DNA of 64,000 bases, from positions 77,376,001-77,440,000 of the forward strand of contig NC_043008.1 in the NCBI RefSeq assembly GCF_006345805.1. The letters run 5' to 3'. Of the stretch, positions 50,350 to 64,000 are shown piece by piece. The DNA is from Octopus sinensis. Its lineage: Eukaryota. Under the pieces are notes generated by a model. It saw only the letters and a list, made by a program, of their open reading frames with translations, searched no databases and was not told where the DNA came from. The position numbers were made by a program, and so were the translations under genes. Position 1 is the stretch's first letter; each line of letters starts with the position of its first letter.

Positions 50350-53300
50350 CTGGATGGTGACCATAGCTGAGAGCAATAGTCAAAGTGGCTTAGGACAAGT
50401 GTCCTCCAGAGGACCATCATGGTTTCTTGTTCTCTTGTTCTAAAGGTTTTGAGAATCCATCCGGCCAGTCGTCTACATTTCATTGCCAATTTAGCAACAT
50501 GTACACGAAAGGTTGCGTCATCACTCATGTAAATACCCAGGTCACGCACTGATTGAGCCTCTGGGATTGCAATTCCTCCGGGTCCAGTGTATTCATTGGG
50601 TATTGCATTTAGTTTTGCATGCTGATAGCATAAAGCTTGAAACTTTTCAGCATTGAACTGCATGCTATTCTTTTCAGCCCACTTGTATATTTTGTCCAGC
50701 TCACATTGCAGGCGTTTAGTGTCCTCAGGGTTCTGTGAAACGTTTGTATCATCTGCATAACTTGTGATCGTGGCTTTCTGCGTGGCTGAGGGCATGTCTG
50801 AGAGAGCCATTATGAACAGTAGTGGTCCCAAAACAGTGCCCTGAGGAACACCGCTCACTATTTGCGTGTTAATGGAAGTGGTCCCATTGGCTACTACCAC
50901 CTGACTTCTATCTTTCAGAAAGTCATGAAGCCATTCTCCCAGTTTTCCAACTATGCTAAGATCACGCAGTTTGTGACATATCATTCCATGATCGACTTTA
51001 TCAAAGGCCTTTGCAAAGTCGAGATATATCACTTCCACATTTGAGTGGTTGAGCAGTCGTTTCAGCACCCAGTGATAGTGTTGTAGGAGCTGAGTTAAGC
51101 AGCTTCTTCCTGGTCGGAAACCATGTTGGGTGTCAGGCAACAAGACATTTTCTTCAAGGAAGGTGATCAGTTTCCTTCTGACTATTCGTTCCATGACCTT
51201 GCTGATGTGTGAGGTCAGAGAGATAGGTCTGTAGTTCTTGGCCTCCGCTCTGCTACCTCCTTTATGAATAGGGCATATTTTACCTTCCTTCAGTTTTCTT
51301 GGAAATTTGCCAGCTGCAAGGAAGCTCTGAAAGAGGAACTGCAGTGGTCTTGCTAGGACTCTCTTACATACTTTTAGGAGGATTGCCGGGAATCCATCGG
51401 GGCCAGTAGCTGAGTCTGTTTTCATTTCATCTATTGTCTTTATTACATCGTCTTCCTTTATATCGATGTAATCTATCGTCGCCGCCTCTGATTTTATATC
51501 TGCAGTGGTAAAGAAGTCAGTTGGATTGATGATTTGGAAATGCCCAAGGGGTGGAGTGAAAACACTCTTGAATTGCTCATTCAGTATTTCACTTACCCTC
51601 ATTGGTTTTCTTGTGAGTGTACCATCATTTTCAAGGAGTGGCCCTATCCTACAGTGCACAGTAGTTGTTTCTTTGGCATACCTGTAGAAAGGTCTGGGGT
51701 TAGATTTTATGTTGTCTATAGCCCAGGTTTCTTTGTCTGCTCTTTCCTTTTCATGGGAGAGTTGCAGACATTTTTCAATTTCCTACAGTTTTATTTTCAG
51801 GCGGGACTTTTCACTGCTTTCAATTTGTTTGTTTAGGCGATTTGAAATTTTTGTACGCCGTCTCATTAAAATTTTCCTCTCTCTGGGGATTTTGTTCTTG
51901 TGTACAGTGGCCTTTCTCTCTGGGACACATTTGTAGCATATGGCTTGCATTACAGACATGAATTGTTGAAGTTTCACGTCGATGTCTGGCGAGGAGAGAC
52001 ATTCAGGCCAGTTTTGTTTGAGGATCTCTTTCTCAATTTGTTTCCAGTTTGCCTTATGGAAGTTCAAGCTGGAAAGATTCTAAGGGTTTCTTGTAGGCTG
52101 CATGTCCATGCTTTCCTTTGGCCCGTACATGGTCAGCTCTACCATGTTGTGATACGAGAGTAGTGTCGGTGTCACTTTCACATTATGGATGAGATCCATA
52201 TTATTTGTGAAGCAGAGATCCAGTGTGTTACCTGCCCTAGTTGGTTGGAGTATTACTTGCTCCATGTACAGGGTGTTGATGAGGTTCAGGAGGGACCTCG
52301 CCTGTCCTCGTTCACATCTTGTCATTCCTGGGAGAGAAAGGCCCTCGGGCCATCTGACATTGGGTAGATTGAAGTCTCCCATAAGAAGTACACTTATGTG
52401 TTGTTCTAATGTGATTAGAACTTCTATTTTTATAAGGCAGTCTTCAAACTTGCCTACATGGCTTGGGGCATCTGGAGGGCGATATGTAGCACACACAACT
52501 ACATCAAGTTGCCTTATATGCACAATTAGTGTGTCACACACCGAGTTTGAGTATGACAAGAGGACCTGGGGTGTGAGGTCCTCACGGATGTACATAGCAA
52601 CTCCTCCATGGCGCCTTTCTTTTCTGTCGGTCCGTAGTACAACATACTGTTGTATGTGTAATTCCGCATCTGCTATGTCCGGTTTCAGGTGCGTTTCCGT
52701 AAGTGCTATGCATAAGGCTTGATTGCATGCAACAAAGTCTCTCAAGAACGGGATTTTTGTCCTGTTACTGAGTGTTTGCAGTCCTCTGATGTTCAGTAGG
52801 AGCATCGAGGTGAGGTATATGCTGTTGCCGGCGGTGTCCACCTTGGGTCTATTTGCTGTGGTGGTCTTGTATATTGGGGTAGTCCCATCTGCGAGCTTGG
52901 GTTTGATGAAGCCAGGTTAGCTGCTGTACAATCTTTTGTGGCATGCACAAAAAAGATTCTTGTTCAGCAGCTGCCCTTTCAACAACATCATGTTGGCGGT
53001 TTGTGGCACGCACCACATCTGCGTACCTCCGTTTTTGGGGCAGGTGGTGCGTGGTCCATCCCTTTTCCTTTTGTTAGTTTGTTTCTGATCTGTTTCGTGT
53101 CTCTGCGGCAGGGTCCCCGAAGTGCAAAGCGACAGCCTGCACCTTCCTCTCTATGCCAGCAGGTACCTCTCAGGTAGAACTTACACACCCGTGTGCGCTG
53201 TTTGTTTCCATCCTTTTTGGTATATGGATAGTCAGTTTTACTTCTATTCTTGGCTGCTTCATTTTTTGGTTTTGTTTGAGTTTTTCTTTTAGTTTTTCCT

Positions 53301-53530
53301 CCTTTTATTTCTTCTTTGGGTTCTTCATCTCCATGGCTTTTGGTGCTGGTATGAGCACTTGCACTTGGGTTTACTCCCCGGGCAGGTTTCTCACTCGAAA
53401 CCTCTTCCCGGGTGTCTACTAGGTGGGGGTGACTTCTTTCATCAGCACCCGTGTCTCCATCCTTGCCATCTTTACTTTGTTTGTTCTCAAAGATTGCATC
53501 AAGCGTGCCAATGTGAGATGGTATAAATGC

Positions 53531-53531
<1 letters not shown>
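50350..53531 (-). mobile_element. CR1-group LINE, truncated at both ends (part of ORF1, EN, most of RT)
   Basis: ORFs 52988-53530 (CCCH-like [16 protein letters not shown]), 52080-52841 (EN), 51783-52067, 50241-51659 (NYRPISLTS, QHGFRPGRSCLTQLL, YLDFAKAFDKVDH, SGVPQGTVLGPLLF, YADD); homology to the plus copy stops at 50350. Confidence 0.93.
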
Positions 53532-53575
<44 letters not shown>

Positions 53576-53601
53576 ATATATATATATACATATATATATA
53601 C

Positions 53602-53634
<33 letters not shown>

Positions 53635-53698
53635 CATATATATATATACATATATTATATATAATATATATAATATACATATATATATAGACATATAC

Positions 53699-53729
<31 letters not shown>

Positions 53730-53782
53730 CATATATATAGACATATACATATATATATAGACATATACATATATATATAGAC

Positions 53783-53820
<38 letters not shown>

Positions 53821-53936
53821 GTCTATATATATATATATATATATATGTATATGTCTATTATATATATATATATTATATGTATATGTATATGTATATATAT
53901 ATATATTATATGTATAGTATATATTATATATATATA

Positions 53937-53977
<41 letters not shown>

Positions 53978-54082
53978 GTTATATATATATATATATGTCT
54001 ATATATATATATATGTATATATATATCTATATGATATATATATATATATATATATATCGATATATATATATAATATATGTCC

Positions 54083-54114
<32 letters not shown>

Positions 54115-54164
54115 CTATATATATATATATATATATATATGTCTATATATTATATATATATGTC

Positions 54165-54236
<72 letters not shown>

Positions 54237-54292
54237 TATAATATATATATATATATATATAATATATATATATATATATGTCTATATATATA

Positions 54293-54323
<31 letters not shown>

Positions 54324-54339
54324 TCTATATATATATGTC

Positions 54340-54370
<31 letters not shown>

Positions 54371-54382
54371 TATATATATATA

Positions 54383-54427
<45 letters not shown>

Positions 54428-54561
54428 CTATATATATTATATATATTATATATATATCATATATATATATATATATATCTATATATAATATATATATATG
54501 TATATATATATATGTCTATATATATATTATATATATATATGTCTATATATATATATATATA

Positions 54562-54648
<87 letters not shown>

Positions 54649-54784
54649 TATATATATATGTCTATATTATATATATATTATATATGTCTATATATATATC
54701 TATATATATATATATATATATAATATATATATATATAATATATGTCTATATATATATATATATATAATATATATATATAATGTC

Positions 54785-54858
<74 letters not shown>

Positions 54859-54919
54859 TATATATATATTGTCTCTATATATATATGTCTATATATATAT
54901 ATGTCTATATATATATGTT

Positions 54920-54960
<41 letters not shown>

Positions 54961-55344
54961 TATGTTATGTATATATATATATATATATATATGCATATAT
55001 ATATACATATATATATATGTATACATACATATATAATCTAGAGCCTCAAACAACTCTGGAGCCTCTTTTTTCACGTATAAGAGACAGCAAACCCAACATA
55101 AAGTCGGATAAGAGAAAAAAATCTATCAGAAAGGAACTCTATCTCTCTTAAAAAAATATCTTTTGATAAGCATAACAAATGCGCATTGGTAAAAGGAACT
55201 TTCACCTAATTAAATACACTCTCCCTTACTTAAATTATTTTGTCAGCATTTTCTTCATTTCCTTTTTTTATACATATATATATATATATATATAATAATA
55301 TATATATATATAATATATATATATATATAAATATATATATAATA

Positions 55345-55381
<37 letters not shown>

Positions 55382-55454
55382 ATAAATATATATAATATTA
55401 TATAATTATATTAATATATATATAAATATATATATATAAAATATATATATATAT

Positions 55455-55488
<34 letters not shown>

Positions 55489-55534
55489 ATAAATATATAT
55501 ATAAATATGTATATATAATATGTATATATAATAT

Positions 55535-55565
<31 letters not shown>

Positions 55566-55589
55566 AATATATATATATATAAATATATA

Positions 55590-55620
<31 letters not shown>

Positions 55621-55870
55621 AATATATATATATATAAATATATATATATATACATATAAATATTATATATATATCAATATTATATATATATATAAACATA
55701 TATATATAATATAATATATATATATATATATAAATATACTTATAGATATAAATTATATATATATATATATATATAAATATATATTATATATAATATAATA
55801 TATATAGAATAATATATATTATGTATATATATATATATATATATATAAATATATTATATATATATAAATA
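53532..55870. repeat. Large imperfect (TA)n arrays with a ~230-bp unique island (55037-55265)
   Basis: Directly visible. Confidence 0.93.
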
Positions 55871-58800
55871 TGAGAGGTTCCTGCTGGCATGGAAAGGAAG
55901 GTGCAGGCTGCCGCTTTGCACATCGGGGACCCTGCCACAGAGACACGAGGCAGATGGACAAACATCAACACAAAGAAAAGGGATGGACCACGCACCACCT
56001 GCCCCAAAGCGGAGGTACGCAGATGTTGTGCGCGCCACAAACAGCCAACATGATGTTGTCGAAAGAGCAGCTGCTGAGCAACAATCTTTTTTGTGCATGG
56101 CACAAAAGATTGTACAGCAGCTGACCTGGCTTCATCAAACCCAAGCCCGCAGGTGGGACTACCCACTATATACCAGACCACCACAGGAAACAGACACAGG
56201 ATGGACACCGCCGGCAACAACGTACCTCACCTCGATACTCCTACTGAACATCAGAGGACTGCAAACACTCAGTAACAGGACAAAGATCCCGTTACTGAGA
56301 GACTTTGTTGCATGCAATCAAGCCTTATGCATAGCACTTACAGAAACGCACCTGAAACCGGACATAGCAGATGCGGAGTTACACATACCACAGTATGCTG
56401 TACTACGGACCGACAGGAAAGAAAGGAGTATGGAGGTGTTGCTATGTACATCCGTGAGGACCTCACACCCCAGGTCCTCTTGTCATACTCAAACTCGGTG
56501 TGTAACACACTAATTGTACATATTAGGCAACTTGATGTGCTACATATTAGGCAACTTGTGTGTGCTACATATCGCCCTCCAGATGCCCCAAGCCATGTGG
56601 GCAAGTTTGAAGACTGCCTTATAAAAATAGAAGAAATTCTAACCACATTAGAACAACACATAGGTGTGCTTCTTATGGGAGACTTCAATCTGCCCAATGT
56701 CAGATGGCCCGAGGGCCTTTCTCTCCCAGGAATGACAAGATGTGAACGAGGACAGGCGAGGTCCCTCCTGAACCTCATCAACACCTGTACATGGAGCAGG
56801 TAATACTCCAACCAACCAGGGCAGGTAACACACTGGATCTCTGCTTCACAAATGACATGGATCTCATCCATAATGTGAAAGTGACACCGACACTACTCTC
56901 GGATCACAACATGATAGAGCTGACCATGTACGGGCCAAAAGAGAGCACGGACATGCAGTCTACAAGAAACCCTCAAAATCTTTCCAGCTTGAACTACCAT
57001 AAGGCAAACTGGAAACAAATTGAGAAAGAGATCCTCAAACAAAACTGGCCTAAATGTCTCTCCTCGCCAGACATCGACGTGAAACTTCAACAATTCATGT
57101 CTGTAATGCAAGCCATATGCTACAAATGTGTCCCAGAGAGAAAGGCCACTGTACACAAGAACAAAATCCCCAGAGAGAGGAAAATTTTAATGAGACGGCG
57201 TACGAAATTTTCAAATCGCCTAAACAAACAGATTGAAAGCAGTGAAAAGTCCCACCTAAAAATAAAACTGTTGGAAATCGAAAAATGTTTGCAACTCTCC
57301 CATGAAAAAGAAAGAGCAGACAAAGAAGCCTGGGCTATAGAAAACATAAAATCTAACCCCAGAGCTTTCTACAGGTATGCCAAAGAAACAGCTACAGTGC
57401 ACTGTAGAATAGGGCCACTCCTCGAAAAGGATGGCACACTTACAGGAAAACCAATGAGGGTAAGTGAAATACTGAATGAGCAATTCAAGAGTGTTTTCAC
57501 TCCACCCCTTGGGCATCTCCAAATCACCAATCCAACTGACTTTTTTACCACTGCAGATATAAAATCAGAGGCGGCGACGATAGATTACATCGATATAAAG
57601 GAAGACGATGTAACCAAGGCTATAGATGAAATGAAAACAGACTCAGCTACTGGCCCCGATGGATTCCCGGCAATCCTCCTAAAAGCATGTAAGAGAGTCC
57701 TAGCAAGACCACTGCAGTTCCTCTTTCAGAGCTTCCTTGCAGCTGGCAAACTTCCAGGAAAACTGAAGGAAGGTTAAAATATGCCCCATTCATAAAGGAG
57801 GTAGCAGAGCGGAAGCCAAGAACTATAGACCTATCTCTCTGACCTCACACATCAGCAAGGTCATGGAACGAATAGTCAGAAGGAAGCTGATCACCTTCCT
57901 TGAAGAGAATGACTTGCTGCCCGACACCCAACATGGTTTCCGACCAGGAGGAGAAGCTGTTTAACTCAGCTCCTACAACACTATGACTGGGTGCTGAAAC
58001 GGCTGCTCAACCACTCAAATGTGGAAGTGATATATCTCGACTTTGCAAAGGCCTTTGATAAAGTCGATCATGGAATGATATGTCACAAACTGCGTGATCT
58101 CAACATAGTTGGAAAACTGGGAGAATGGCTTCATGACTTTTTGAAGGATAGAAGTCAGGTGGTAGTAGCCAATGGGGCCACCTCCATTAACACACAAATA
58201 GTGAGCGGTGTTCCGCAGGGCACTGTTCTGGGACCACTACTGTTCATAATGGCCCTCTCAGACATGCCCTCAGCCACGCAGAGAGCCACGATCACAAGTT
58301 ATGCAGATGATACAAAAGTTTCACAGGCAATACAGAACCCTGAGGACACTAAACACCTGCAATGTGAGCTGGACGAAATATACAAGTGGGCTGAAAAGAA
58401 TAGCATGCAGTTCAATGCTGGAAAGTTTCAAGCTTTATACTATCAGCATGCAAAACTGAATGCAATACCCAATGAATACACTGGACCCGGGGATTGCAAT
58501 CCCAGAGGCACAATCAGTGCGTGACCTGGGTATTCACATGAGTGATGACGCGACCTTTCATGTACATGTTGCTAAACTGACAATGAAATGTAGACGGCTG
58601 GCTGGATGGATTCTTAAACCTTTAGAACAAGAGAACAAAAAACCATGATGGTCCTCTGGAAGACACTTGTCCTAAGCCACTTTGACTATTGCTCTCAGCT
58701 ATGGTCACCATCCAGTGTCAAGTTGATCACAGAACTTGAGGCGATCCAACGAAGCTACACAAAGAAGATAGCCTCTATGCAGAATGTAAGCTACTGGGAA

Positions 58801-59298
58801 AGACTCAAGAGATTAAAATTATATTCTCTGGAGCGTAGGCGGGAAAGATATGCCATAATATACATCTGGAAGATCCTGGAGGGAAGTGTCCTGAACTTTG
58901 GCATCGAGAGTTACGCAAATGCCAGAACTGGGCGCTACTGCGTGGTGCCTAGGACTCCAAACCTGCCATCAAGATGTAGGACAAGATTCTGTGATAGCCT
59001 GGGATTCCGAGGCCCACAGCTTTCAATATCTCCCGAAGAACCTGAGAGACCTGCATGGGGTGGATACAGATGTCTTTAAAATGAAGCTGGATCTCTTCCT
59101 GTCAGGTGTCCCAGATGAACCAACTTCACGGCAGGAGGGGCAGATGAGGGCAGCTGCATCGAACTCTCTCATGCACCAAATAGCAGTTGCTAGAAAGCCT
59201 CCTTGAAGTGAAACCAAGTAGCAACACCAAATGGCGGTGCCCCAGCATGGCCACAGCTCATAAGCTGAAACTAGAATCAATCAATCAATCAATCAATC
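55871..59298 (+). mobile_element. 5'-truncated CR1-group LINE with intact 3' end and (AATC)n tail
   Basis: ORF1 end, then EN-RT ORF2 (~56200-59206) in frameshifted pieces: GDFNLPNVRW, YADDTKV, RDLGI, YWERLKRLKLYSLERRRERY; short 3' UTR; tail AATCAATCAATC. Confidence 0.94.
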
Positions 59299-59417
59299 AT
59301 ATAAATATATATATAAATATATATATATATATAAATATATGCATATATATAAATATATATATATATAAATATATATATATATAAATATATATAATATATA
59401 AATATATATATAATAAT

Positions 59418-59456
<39 letters not shown>

Positions 59457-59492
59457 AATATATATATATATAAAATATATATAATTATATAT

Positions 59493-59525
<33 letters not shown>

Positions 59526-59579
59526 ATATAAATATATATATATATATATATAAATATATATATATAATATAAAATATAT

Positions 59580-59614
<35 letters not shown>

Positions 59615-59653
59615 AATATATATATATATTATATATATATATATAATATTAAA

Positions 59654-59722
<69 letters not shown>

Positions 59723-59896
59723 TATAAATATATATTAAATATTATATATATAAATATATATAATATATATATAAATATATATATATATATAAATATATAT
59801 ATATAAAATATATATATATATATAAAATATATATAAATATATATATATAAATATATATTATATAAACATATATATATATAAATATATATATATATT

Positions 59897-59982
<86 letters not shown>
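59299..59982. repeat. Imperfect (TA)n array
   Basis: Directly visible. Confidence 0.95.
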
Positions 59983-59983
<1 letters not shown>

Positions 59984-61362
59984 CTGCGTACATCATGTGG
60001 CAGTTTGTGGCAGCACCACCACATCTGTGTACCTCCGTTTTGGGGCAGGTGTTGCGTGGTCCATCCCTTTTCCTTTTGTTAGTTTGTTTCTGATCTGTTT
60101 CGTGTCTCTGCGGCAGGGTCCCCGATGTGCAAAACGGCAGCCTGCACCTTCCTCTCCATGCCAGCAGGTACCTCTCAAGTAGAACCTAGACACCCGTGTG
60201 CGCTGTTTGTTTCCATCCTCTTTGGTATATGGATAGTCAGTTTTACTTCTATTCTTGGCTGTTTCATTTTTTGGTTTTGTTTGAGTTTTTCTTTTAGTTT
60301 TTCCTCCTTTTATTTCTTCTTTGGGTTCTTCATCTCCATGGCTTTTGGTGCTGGTATGAGCACTTGCACTTGGGTTTACTCCCCGGGCAGGTTTCTCACT
60401 TGAAACCTCTTCCCGGGTGTCTACTAGGTGGGGGTGACTTTTTTCATCAGCACCCGTGTCTCCATCCTTGCCATCTTTACTTTGTTCGTTCTCAAAGATG
60501 GCATCAAGCGTGCCAATGTGAGATCTTATAAGTGCATAGGAGCGTATAAACTCCTGCTTCTTCCGCTCTATCTGAGCTATTGTTCTTTTATAACTACCGC
60601 TCTTCAGCGCAGCTGTAATTATAATTTTAGGATTATCTCCGTCGGCGCATTGCCAGGCTCGTACGATCAACGCCAATTCGTCACGTCTCCAGGTTCTGGA
60701 CATGTTGGATACTCTATCTATTTATCTATCTAATCATGTTTAAAATTTAATAGTGTGATAGAGGGCAGAGAAGAAGTAGAGAAAGAAAGTGACTGTGTAT
60801 TTAGAGAGATTGAGAGCTGAGAGAAGATAAGAAGATATTTTATTTATTTATCTATCTAATTATATCTATCTAATTACATTTATTTATCTATCTAATTATA
60901 TCTATCCATTATATCTAATTTATCTATCTAATTATATTTATTTATCTATCTAATTTATCTATCTAATTATATTTAAAATTTAATAGTGTGATAGAGGGTA
61001 GAGAAGAAATAGAGAAAGAAAGTGACTGTGTATTTAGAGAGATTGAGAGCTGAGAGAAGATAGTGAAGAGAGGAAAGTTTGCGACTATATATTTAGAAAA
61101 GTTGAGAGGCTGAGAGAGGAAAGATTGTGTGACAGAGAGAAGTGGAGAAGTGAAGAGACAAGGAAAGATTGAACGGCTGAAAGAAGAGAGATGGTGTGAT
61201 AGAGAGAAGTAAAGAGACAGAGGGAGAAAGAAAAGAAAGAGAGGAGGTTACGAAGCTGAAATAAAAATGAAAGATTAAGAAAATGAAAGATTATTAACAG
61301 GAAAGCTGGAATAGAAAATAATAGATTCTGAAATAGAGACGGAAAGATTATTAAAGTTCGCG
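59983..61362 (-). mobile_element. 5' portion of the same CR1-group LINE: ORF1 (59993-60703) and probable 5' UTR
   Basis: 59990-60525 is near-identical to 52986-53520; ORF MSRTWRRDELALIVRAW...; upstream pyrimidine-rich (minus) region with an ~88-bp direct repeat (60740, 60974); 5' limit uncertain. Confidence 0.8.
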
Positions 61363-61529
61363 TCTATGTATATATACACGTGCACATACATACACATATT
61401 TACACACATATACACATACGGAGAGAGAGAGGAGGTAGAAGAAAGAAAGTGAGGAAAATATATTAAAATATATTAAAGTGGGGAAAAGAAGGAGTTATTT
61501 AATTCTAAAACTAATTACAAGAAGATAAA

Positions 61530-61543
61530 TGTATATATATATA

Positions 61544-61587
<44 letters not shown>

Positions 61588-61835
61588 TATATATACATGT
61601 ATATATATATATAGTATATAATATATACATGTATATATATATATATATACATGTATATATATATATATACATGATATATATATATATACATGTATATATA
61701 ATATCTATATATACATGTAACGATTTAGGAGTGACCCTAACAGGTCACTCGTCCACCAGTATATTATATATACATGTATATATATATATATACATGTATA
61801 GATATATATATATATATACATGTATATATATATAT

Positions 61836-61889
<54 letters not shown>

Positions 61890-61899
61890 ATATATATAT

Positions 61900-61981
<82 letters not shown>

Positions 61982-62448
61982 ATAGATATATATATATATA
62001 TACAGGTATATATATATATATATACATGTATATATATATATATATATATACATGTATAGATATATATATATATACATGTATATATATATATAATATATAT
62101 ATATATCATGTATATATATATATATATTTTTAATATATATATACAGTGATATTATATATATATATATATATTTATACATGTACATATATATAATATTATA
62201 TATATATATACTGGATAGTATATATATATTTTATATACAGTATATACATGTATATATATATATATTTTGATATATATATACATGTATATATATATATATA
62301 TATATTTTTATATATATATATACATGTATATATTATATATACATGTATATATATATATAATTTTTATATATATATATATACATGTTATATTAATATAATG
62401 TATATATATTTATATATATTTTTATATATATATATATATATATAGTTT

Positions 62449-62481
<33 letters not shown>

Positions 62482-62486
62482 ATATA

Positions 62487-62531
<45 letters not shown>

Positions 62532-62587
62532 TTATATATATATATATATAGATATATATATTTTCTTATAATATATAATATATAATA

Positions 62588-62625
<38 letters not shown>

Positions 62626-62629
62626 TTTG

Positions 62630-62666
<37 letters not shown>

Positions 62667-62670
62667 GATA

Positions 62671-62707
<37 letters not shown>

Positions 62708-62772
62708 TTTATTATATATATATATATATATATACATATATATATAGATATATATATACATGTATATATATA

Positions 62773-62817
<45 letters not shown>

Positions 62818-62835
62818 TATAATATATATATATAT
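61530..62835. repeat. Imperfect (TA)n/(TATACATG)n array
   Basis: Directly visible; ~45-bp unique insert at 61716-61760. Confidence 0.93.
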
Positions 62836-62903
62836 GTAGGTCCCGGGTTGATTCGGGGTTAACCACAGTAAATAAGGTACTCAATACATAGCAGAGTAAA
62901 ATT

Positions 62904-63035
62904 AATTTATTATATAGAAGGAGCTTCTACAGGACTAGAACAGTTCATTCAAGAGAAATCTTAGGAAGCTTCCTGAAGATTTCTCTTGAATGAAACAGTT
63001 CTAGTCCTGTAGAAGCTCCTTCTATATAATAAATT
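62904..63035. repeat. 132-bp near-perfect spacerless palindrome centred on AAGCTT
   Basis: AATTTATTATATAGAAGGAGCTTCTACAGGACTAGAAC...AGGAAG|CTTCCT...GTTCTAGTCCTGTAGAAGCTCCTTCTATATAATAAATT. Confidence 0.9.
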
Positions 63036-63111
63036 TATATAGATATATATATATATATATATATAATATATATATGTTTATATATATATATAATATATAT
63101 GTTTATATCTC

Positions 63112-63419
63112 TCTCTATATAAACGGCAGTTTGTCTGTGCGTTTTCTGTGTGTCTTGTTTCTCGTACCCTCACTCTGACCACGGCTTTCAACCGATTCTG
63201 AGGAAACTTGACACACACATAGCCCAATGTCATAATTCAAACTAACGCAGCGAAAATTTTGAAAAGTTCCCCCAGTTCTGAAAAAGATCGATAAATTCGA
63301 CATGGGGTCGAGAATCAGAATCCAAACCACAGACCGCCTAGGGGACGCAACTCCACCTTTTTTAACTCTCAAAAAATTTACCATCATTTTTTTTCCATCA
63401 TACTAGCGATACTGCTAGT
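63112..63419 (+). mobile_element. Non-autonomous Helitron/DINE-like element
   Basis: Starts TCTATATAAA followed by a TGTCTGTG-rich segment, ACCGATT..GAAACTTG, ends ACTAGCGATACTGCTAGT. Confidence 0.5.
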
Positions 63420-63548
63420 ATATATATATATATATATAGATATATATTATATATATATATATATATATAAATATTAGGAATAAATCCAATTTACAGGGAA
63501 AAAATCAGATTTAGGATTAAATCCAATTTTATAGTAAAATATTATATA

Positions 63549-63742
63549 ATAATTAATTCGAGACAACCACTATTCTGCAAAACAAACAAGGAAAGACTTA
63601 TTCAATACATAAAATTTTAATATAAAGTAAATAAACCCCCATAAATGTGGCGGTTTATTACTTATATTAAAATTTTATGTATTGATTAAGTCTTTCCTTG
63701 TTTGTTTTGCAGAATAGTGGTTTTGTCTCGAATTAATATTAT
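63549..63742. repeat. ~190-bp fold-back (inverted ~92-bp arms, ~4-nt loop)
   Basis: ACCACTATTCTGCAAAACAAACAAGGAAAGACTTA / TAAGTCTTTCCTTGTTTGTTTTGCAGAATAGTGGT. Confidence 0.88.
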
Positions 63743-64000
63743 ATATATATTATATATATATATTTTTATATTATATATAAGTTTATATATATATATATGT
63801 TTATATATATATATGTTTATATATATATATGTTTATATATGTATATATGTTTATATATATATATATGTTTATATATATATATATATATATATGTTTATAA
63901 TTATATATATATATATATTTATGTATTATATATATATATATGTTGTATATATATATATTATTTTTATATATATATATATATGTTATATATATATATGATT

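Overview
AT-rich, repeat-saturated metazoan DNA. The SINE/LINE make-up and very long imperfect (TA)n arrays suggest a coleoid cephalopod, probably Octopus (inference). No host protein-coding gene, rRNA, tRNA gene or CRISPR array is supportable, and most listed ORFs are microsatellite translations or antisense frames of retroelements. Contents: a full-length but frameshifted Tx1-clade LINE (41912-47314, minus) with an exact 17-bp TSD; a second 5'-truncated Tx1 piece; four young fragments of one CR1-group LINE family; older CR1-group and R4/Dong-like LINE relics; a TG..CA solo-LTR-like element; hAT (Buster/Charlie), mariner and maT relics; several MITEs; many tRNA-derived SINEs; and an unusual number of fold-back repeats and hammerhead-ribozyme (HHR) motifs of the Penelope/retrozyme type. 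Top observation: the full-length Tx1 LINE is inserted, co-oriented, just upstream of a canonical type I hammerhead (41840-41885, minus; 9 nt between TSD and helix I), in a repeat that reconstitutes to a ~362-bp partial tandem unit. This suggests a LINE that targets ribozyme-bearing repeats and could have its RNA end cut by the target's ribozyme. It rests on a single insertion and needs a genome-wide test.
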